Source: an uncultured Flavobacteriaceae bacterium
Lineage (GTDB): Bacteria; Bacteroidota; Bacteroidia; NS11-12g; UBA955
Direction: 5' to 3'
NCBI GenBank assembly: GCA_964475595.1
Contig: CAYYXG010000012.1
Location: 19,465 to 83,464 of the forward strand
Length of the DNA: 64,000 nt
Shown: piece by piece, positions 59,873 through 64,000 of the stretch
Layout: every line of letters begins with the position of its first letter
Numbering within the stretch: position 1 is the first letter of the stretch
Made by a program: the position numbers and the translations under genes
The notes under the pieces: model-generated
Told to the model about the DNA's origin: nothing
The model's database searches: none
Seen by the model: only the letters and a program-made list of their open reading frames with translations

Positions 59873-60107
59873 TGCCCATTTCTTGAAAACCCTTGATTTC
59901 GCTGAAGCTTAGAGAAGCCAAAATACTCAAATGGGTGGTTCAATATTCTCCCTTCTCAAAAACCAATAAATCCTTGAATATTGAACCAATAATCTCCTTC
60001 TTACATCTGCATTTTTGTATAAATGAGTCACTGTTTTACGCACCAACGTCTATTAATTGCTCGAAGGTTTCAAATAGCATAGTCCGCCCAATATCGCAAA
60101 ACCCGTG

Positions 60108-60536
60108 TTAGGTACTGGTGTTTACTGTTGTTACAAACCATTCAAATTCACTTGTCAGCAAGTTTGTTTTATTCGTGTCAAAAAGGTCTACTTTAATTTT
60201 CACTGAAGCTCGATTCCTTGTATTTAATTGTTCTTTTATATTTTCTACAGAATTATCTATTAAAGTCGCAGTAGAATTAATTTGCCCATTTGCTGGCTTT
60301 TTATATTTAATTTCTACGTGTCTTACGACAGGAATAAGTTCATTTTTATATTCTGGAAAATTAACTAACAAAAAATATCCACTTGTAGCCTCAGCTAACG
60401 AAAACAATGCACTTGCGTGAACTGTCTTTAAGTGATTAGTGTATTGTATTTTATCTTTTAAACATAATAAATATTCATTGTCAGCCGATAAGTTTATACC
60501 GATCAATTTGTTAAATGGTAATTCAGTAATATTCAT
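60108..60536 (-). CDS. PaaI/DUF4442-like hotdog-fold thioesterase
   Basis: LPFNKLIGINL and TVHASALFSLAEATSG match the PaaI-type pattern. The gene is AT-rich relative to the flanking core. Confidence 0.7.
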   Translation of the reverse strand: MNITELPFNKLIGINLSADNEYLLCLKDKIQYTNHLKTVHASALFSLAEATSGYFLLVNFPEYKNELIPVVRHVEIKYKKPANGQINSTATLIDNSVENIKEQLNTRNRASVKIKVDLFDTNKTNLLTSEFEWFVTTVNTST

Positions 60537-60574
60537 AATTATTATTTTTTATGTTATGTTTTTTACACTTACAC

Positions 60575-60916
60575 CTAACGGTCCGCGGCTACAAGAAGTT
60601 GGCCGGCCTCAGCACAAATTTTTATGCGTTGAACGAACCTTTGCATTACCACAAAAATAATCGCGTAGCACTTATTTGCCAATTTCTTGTAGGCGCTGTT
60701 AGTGGCTGCCTTTCTTGTCAGTGCAGTAAACTCTTTGTCATATTGGCCAACTGTCTTGCTCTGCTGATCTTGGGGTATTCCATTTTTTAAAACCGTGGCG
60801 GGCCGGCAAAATAAAACCCTCTCTCCCGTCGGTTGACTTGTCAACCCGGTAGCGTCTGTGTCAGAATTTAAAATTATTCTGTCGGGTTTAATTTTGACGG
60901 CTGGGTTTGCGAACAT
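60575..60916 (-). pseudogene. doubtful 113-aa ORF, possibly a gene remnant
   Basis: A patch that is GC-richer than its surroundings. The N-terminal two thirds look protein-like, but the C-terminal 30 residues (IIFVVMQRFVQRIKICAEAGQLLVAADR) look like out-of-frame read-through. I see no promoter box. Confidence 0.25.
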
Positions 60917-61728
60917 GGGATCGGTTTAAAAATGTCTCGTTGGCCAATGTTTTTTTTAATTTAATTTACTGTCACTTTATAGTTGAGGGAGGTTGCCACT
61001 AACTTGTATACACACGAAACAAACCTTCGTTTAGCCATACAATAATGGAGTGATATGCGAAACTTTATTTCGTTTTATTTTTTTTGCAATTACAGATGTA
61101 TTGTAAAATTGATTGCTTTCAAAAATAAGCATTTGCCCCCATTTATTCACAAACACCTATTAAAACATTTACACACCCTCATTAGCCTTTTCCCAATTAT
61201 TCATTTCAGAAGTTTATACCCTAATCGATACAAGACTTCATGCAACATCACGCATATAAATAGATTATTTACGACCGTTTCAGGTGTTGTCGGTGGCTTT
61301 GGCAAAGCAATTTCTGTCATCTCACCTATTCATATATAACCACAATTCTACCAACATATTATACCCTTCCAAGAAGTCAGAAATCGCCTGACCTCTCACT
61401 TCTGGCGATATCATAATAAAATTGCTAGAACAACCAGAATCAATCCAACTTCATGATTCTTCATCACCTGAATAAACCGATAGAATATCGCATAGACCCT
61501 CAATTCATCCCAAAATTGGTTCGAGAATAGCCCCGTTTGGGGAGCCATAGTGGGAAAGAGGTCTAAATTGACCTCTTTCTCTTTTTCTACCCCTTGTAAA
61601 CCCTTACCAATACTGAGAAGGTTTGGTATTTATTTGAAATATTGGGGTTGGATTTTAATTATTAGTACCAAATTCGATTTCAACTATTCCTAAATATGAT
61701 ACGAAATAGAAAGTTTTAGGAATTTTAT

Positions 61729-61736
61729 TAACTTTG
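61729..61736 (+). promoter_or_regulatory. Bacteroidota -7 promoter box (TAacTTTG)
   Basis: TAnnTTTG match 5 nt upstream of the ATG at 61741, implying a near-leaderless transcript. Confidence 0.4.
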
Positions 61737-61740
61737 TTCT

Positions 61741-62952
61741 ATGGAAACAATTGTAAGGAAGCATTATCTTGATAAACTCTCTGTTCTCAAAGATAAGAAT
61801 TTTATCAAGGTAGCTACGGGTGTAAGACGATGTGGAAAATCCACTTTGATGTCACAATTTCAAGAATTATTGCGCCATGAGAATCCTAATGTTTCCATTA
61901 TTGCAATCAATATGGATATGCCTGAGTTTCGATTTTTAGCTGATAAAAACTGGAAAGAAATTTATGATTATGTAATTAGATATTTAAATCCTAAAGAAAT
62001 AAATTACGTATTTATTGATGAAGTTCAGAATGTTCCGGAATTCGAAAAACTACTTGAGGGATTGTATGTCAACCCTAAAATAGATTTATATGTTACCGGC
62101 TCTAATGCTTTTTTACTTTCTAGTGAATTGGCAACTTTACTAACGGGTAGAGCATTTGAAATCAATGTATTACCTTTCTCTTTTTCAGAATATCTTGAAT
62201 TTACTAAAAAATACACCAATCCAGACCGCGCATTTGCCGAATATGTTCAGACCGGCGGTTTTCCTGAGGCGGTGAGACTTTCTGCCGAAGGCAATTTTTT
62301 TGTAACACAATATCTGCAAACAGTTTATAGAAACATATTCGAGAACGATATTTCATTAAGACATACTATCTACGGTGAAGAATCTTATCAAGAAGTGGTG
62401 AACTTTTTAATTGATTCCATAGGGTCTCCTGTATCAGCAGGAAACATAGCCAAGGTGTTAACGGCAAATAAAAAGAAAATTGATAACAAAACTGTTTCTA
62501 AATATATCAACTCATTAGTTGAGTCATACCTATTCTACAAAGTAAATCGTTATGACATCAAAGGAAAACAACATTTAGCAACACAAGAAAAATATTATTT
62601 GGTTGATTTAGGTTTTCGAACATCCTTGCTTGGAAAAAACCTTGTCAGTGACTCAGGTCATCTCTTGGAAAATATAGTTTATTTGGAACTTATCCGTCGA
62701 AATAATCAAGTATGGATTGGAAAAGTCAACCAATTTGAGGTTGATTTTATTGTTCGCAACAATGATGGATATACTCAATATATTCAAGTTTCACAAACAG
62801 TTCAAGACAAAACAACCTTGGAAAGAGAATTGAAGCCGTTAAATATGATTTCAGACCATTTTGAAAAATTACTAATTACAATGGACTATGATACTGGCAC
62901 GTATAATGGGATTAAAAAGGTAAATGCTGTAGATTGGCTCCTGAATAAATGA
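61741..62952 (+). CDS. AAA ATPase of the AAA_14/DUF4143 type
   Basis: Walker A GVRRCGKST, Walker B VFIDEVQ, about 400 aa with a C-terminal DUF4143-like region (YFYDLGFR-type segment YYLVDLGFR). About 30% GC in a sampled line. Confidence 0.8.
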   Translation: METIVRKHYLDKLSVLKDKNFIKVATGVRRCGKSTLMSQFQELLRHENPNVSIIAINMDMPEFRFLADKNWKEIYDYVIRYLNPKEINYVFIDEVQNVPEFEKLLEGLYVNPKIDLYVTGSNAFLLSSELATLLTGRAFEINVLPFSFSEYLEFTKKYTNPDRAFAEYVQTGGFPEAVRLSAEGNFFVTQYLQTVYRNIFENDISLRHTIYGEESYQEVVNFLIDSIGSPVSAGNIAKVLTANKKKIDNKTVSKYINSLVESYLFYKVNRYDIKGKQHLATQEKYYLVDLGFRTSLLGKNLVSDSGHLLENIVYLELIRRNNQVWIGKVNQFEVDFIVRNNDGYTQYIQVSQTVQDKTTLERELKPLNMISDHFEKLLITMDYDTGTYNGIKKVNAVDWLLNK

Positions 62953-63091
62953 AAATAATAAACCAATTGCCTTGACCTTTAAACGTATACTCAAAACTAT
63001 AATTACCGCTATTTTTATTTATAGGATTTGTAGTGCCGTTTTTACAGCAGATAAGCAGGGATAGTGAAAACAAAATTAAAAGATTTTTCAT
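62912..63091 (-). CDS. possible small lipoprotein or remnant (59 aa)
   Basis: MKNLLILFSLSLLICC is lipobox-like. The 3' part overlaps the convergent ATPase gene by 41 nt and looks like read-through. Confidence 0.25.
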   Translation of the reverse strand: MKNLLILFSLSLLICCKNGTTNPINKNSGNYSFEYTFKGQGNWFIIFIYSGANLQHLPF

Positions 63092-63218
63092 ATTAAATCG
63101 ATTGCCATTATTACCTAGCAAAAGTACCACTTATTCATTTCAATTAGTACGATGTATATTTAAAAAATTGCATTAGCCCTCTTGTGGGCAAAACAATTTT
63201 AGCACTATAAATAAACAA

Positions 63219-63977
63219 TTACCCCATCAACACAACATACAATAACCAAGAACAACTCATGGTAATCGCATTGCTCAAAAAATTCACCCAATGATTATCC
63301 AGCCATGCAACACCCTTTACCAGTTGCCCCCCCGGCCGGTCACCCTGTGTTTCAACCCACTGATTTCCCTGTTTCCACAATGCCTGCCAGCGACTGCCCA
63401 TGTAACTGTCCAGCAGCATCCCCAGCATACCGGTAACCACAACCCAAATCAACTGCATGCTGCTTACCGGCAACAGAAAATGCAAACAACTAGCCAGCAA
63501 TAACAGGGCAATCAAACCACCCACGGTGCCGGCAACAGATATCCCGCCCGACAGACCCGGCTGCATCACCCGAAAACTCCCTATATCGAATGTTTTACCC
63601 CCAACAGCCGTGCCCACTTCACTGCTCACCGTATCGCAAATGCTGATAGCAAAAGAACACCAGGCCAGCAACAGCCAGGTTTCCTGATTGGTTACACCGT
63701 AAATCATATACAATATAGCCCCAATCCAGCCGTTTGCAAAGACCTGCTGTGCAGTTCTTTTTTCGGAGGAGTGACTTTTGCGAAACAACCTGCCGGAAAC
63801 AGAGCCCGACACCAACAGAAAAACAGGAGCAAACAATGCTTCCCATCCCCCGCTCATCCACAATACCGCCGCCACCCAAAGGGCTGCCCACCAGCCACTC
63901 TGATCCAGCCACCGCCTGCGAATCACCCACCATCCCAAAATCATTAGAAAAACAACAGCTATCGGCATCCAAATCAT
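63219..63977 (-). CDS. DUF92/TMEM19-family integral membrane protein
   Basis: 252 aa and highly hydrophobic, with GGISVAGTVGG and LDSYMGS-type segments that I recall from DUF92 proteins. GC content returns to the core level. Confidence 0.7.
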   Translation of the reverse strand: MIWMPIAVVFLMILGWWVIRRRWLDQSGWWAALWVAAVLWMSGGWEALFAPVFLLVSGSVSGRLFRKSHSSEKRTAQQVFANGWIGAILYMIYGVTNQETWLLLAWCSFAISICDTVSSEVGTAVGGKTFDIGSFRVMQPGLSGGISVAGTVGGLIALLLLASCLHFLLPVSSMQLIWVVVTGMLGMLLDSYMGSRWQALWKQGNQWVETQGDRPGGQLVKGVAWLDNHWVNFLSNAITMSCSWLLYVVLMG

Positions 63978-64000
63978 TGCATCGGAATGCGATGACCTCA

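Noticed and set aside
61527-61536. 10-nt identity to the tRNA-Asn T-arm, considered as an attR core delimiting a 1.7-kb insertion.
   Set aside because: The match is too short to exclude chance, and identity stops immediately on both sides. It is kept only as context in a low-confidence finding.

Overview
This 64-kb window looks like a mostly core chromosomal region of a Bacteroidota genome. Three things point to that phylum. TAnnTTTG -7 promoter boxes sit 5-40 nt upstream of many genes. One large protein carries a T9SS-type C-terminal domain. The block tRNA-Thr/Tyr/Gly/Thr-tuf-tRNA-Trp-secE-nusG-rplKAJL-rpoBC (23.0-35.9 kb, minus strand) has the gene order I recall for this phylum. Other housekeeping genes include rpsU-xer-hpf, dnaA, aspS, thiL, gpmI, purA, gcvT, mrp/apbC, a NifU-like gene and an IscA-like gene, plus metabolic enzymes. 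I found no CRISPR array, transposase, IS element, rRNA or recognisable defence system. Four regions deserve a second look. (1) A four-gene operon at 38.75-42.3 kb encodes an acidic 108-aa protein, a Cys/His-rich small membrane protein, a TonB-dependent receptor ending in HHHHKKHL, and a His-rich lipoprotein; it is a candidate uncharacterised metal-acquisition system. (2) An AT-rich islet lies downstream of tRNA-Asn (59.9-63.2 kb). It has a hotdog-fold gene, a DUF4143-type AAA ATPase, about 1.2 kb of non-coding or decayed DNA and several perfect inverted repeats, but no integrase. (3) A 1,694-aa PorU-like C25 peptidase has no PorV partner. (4) The rpsU-xer-hpf module appears separated from the tRNA-tuf-rpoBC module by an inversion. 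All calls come from reading the sequence and ORF translations; no searches were run.
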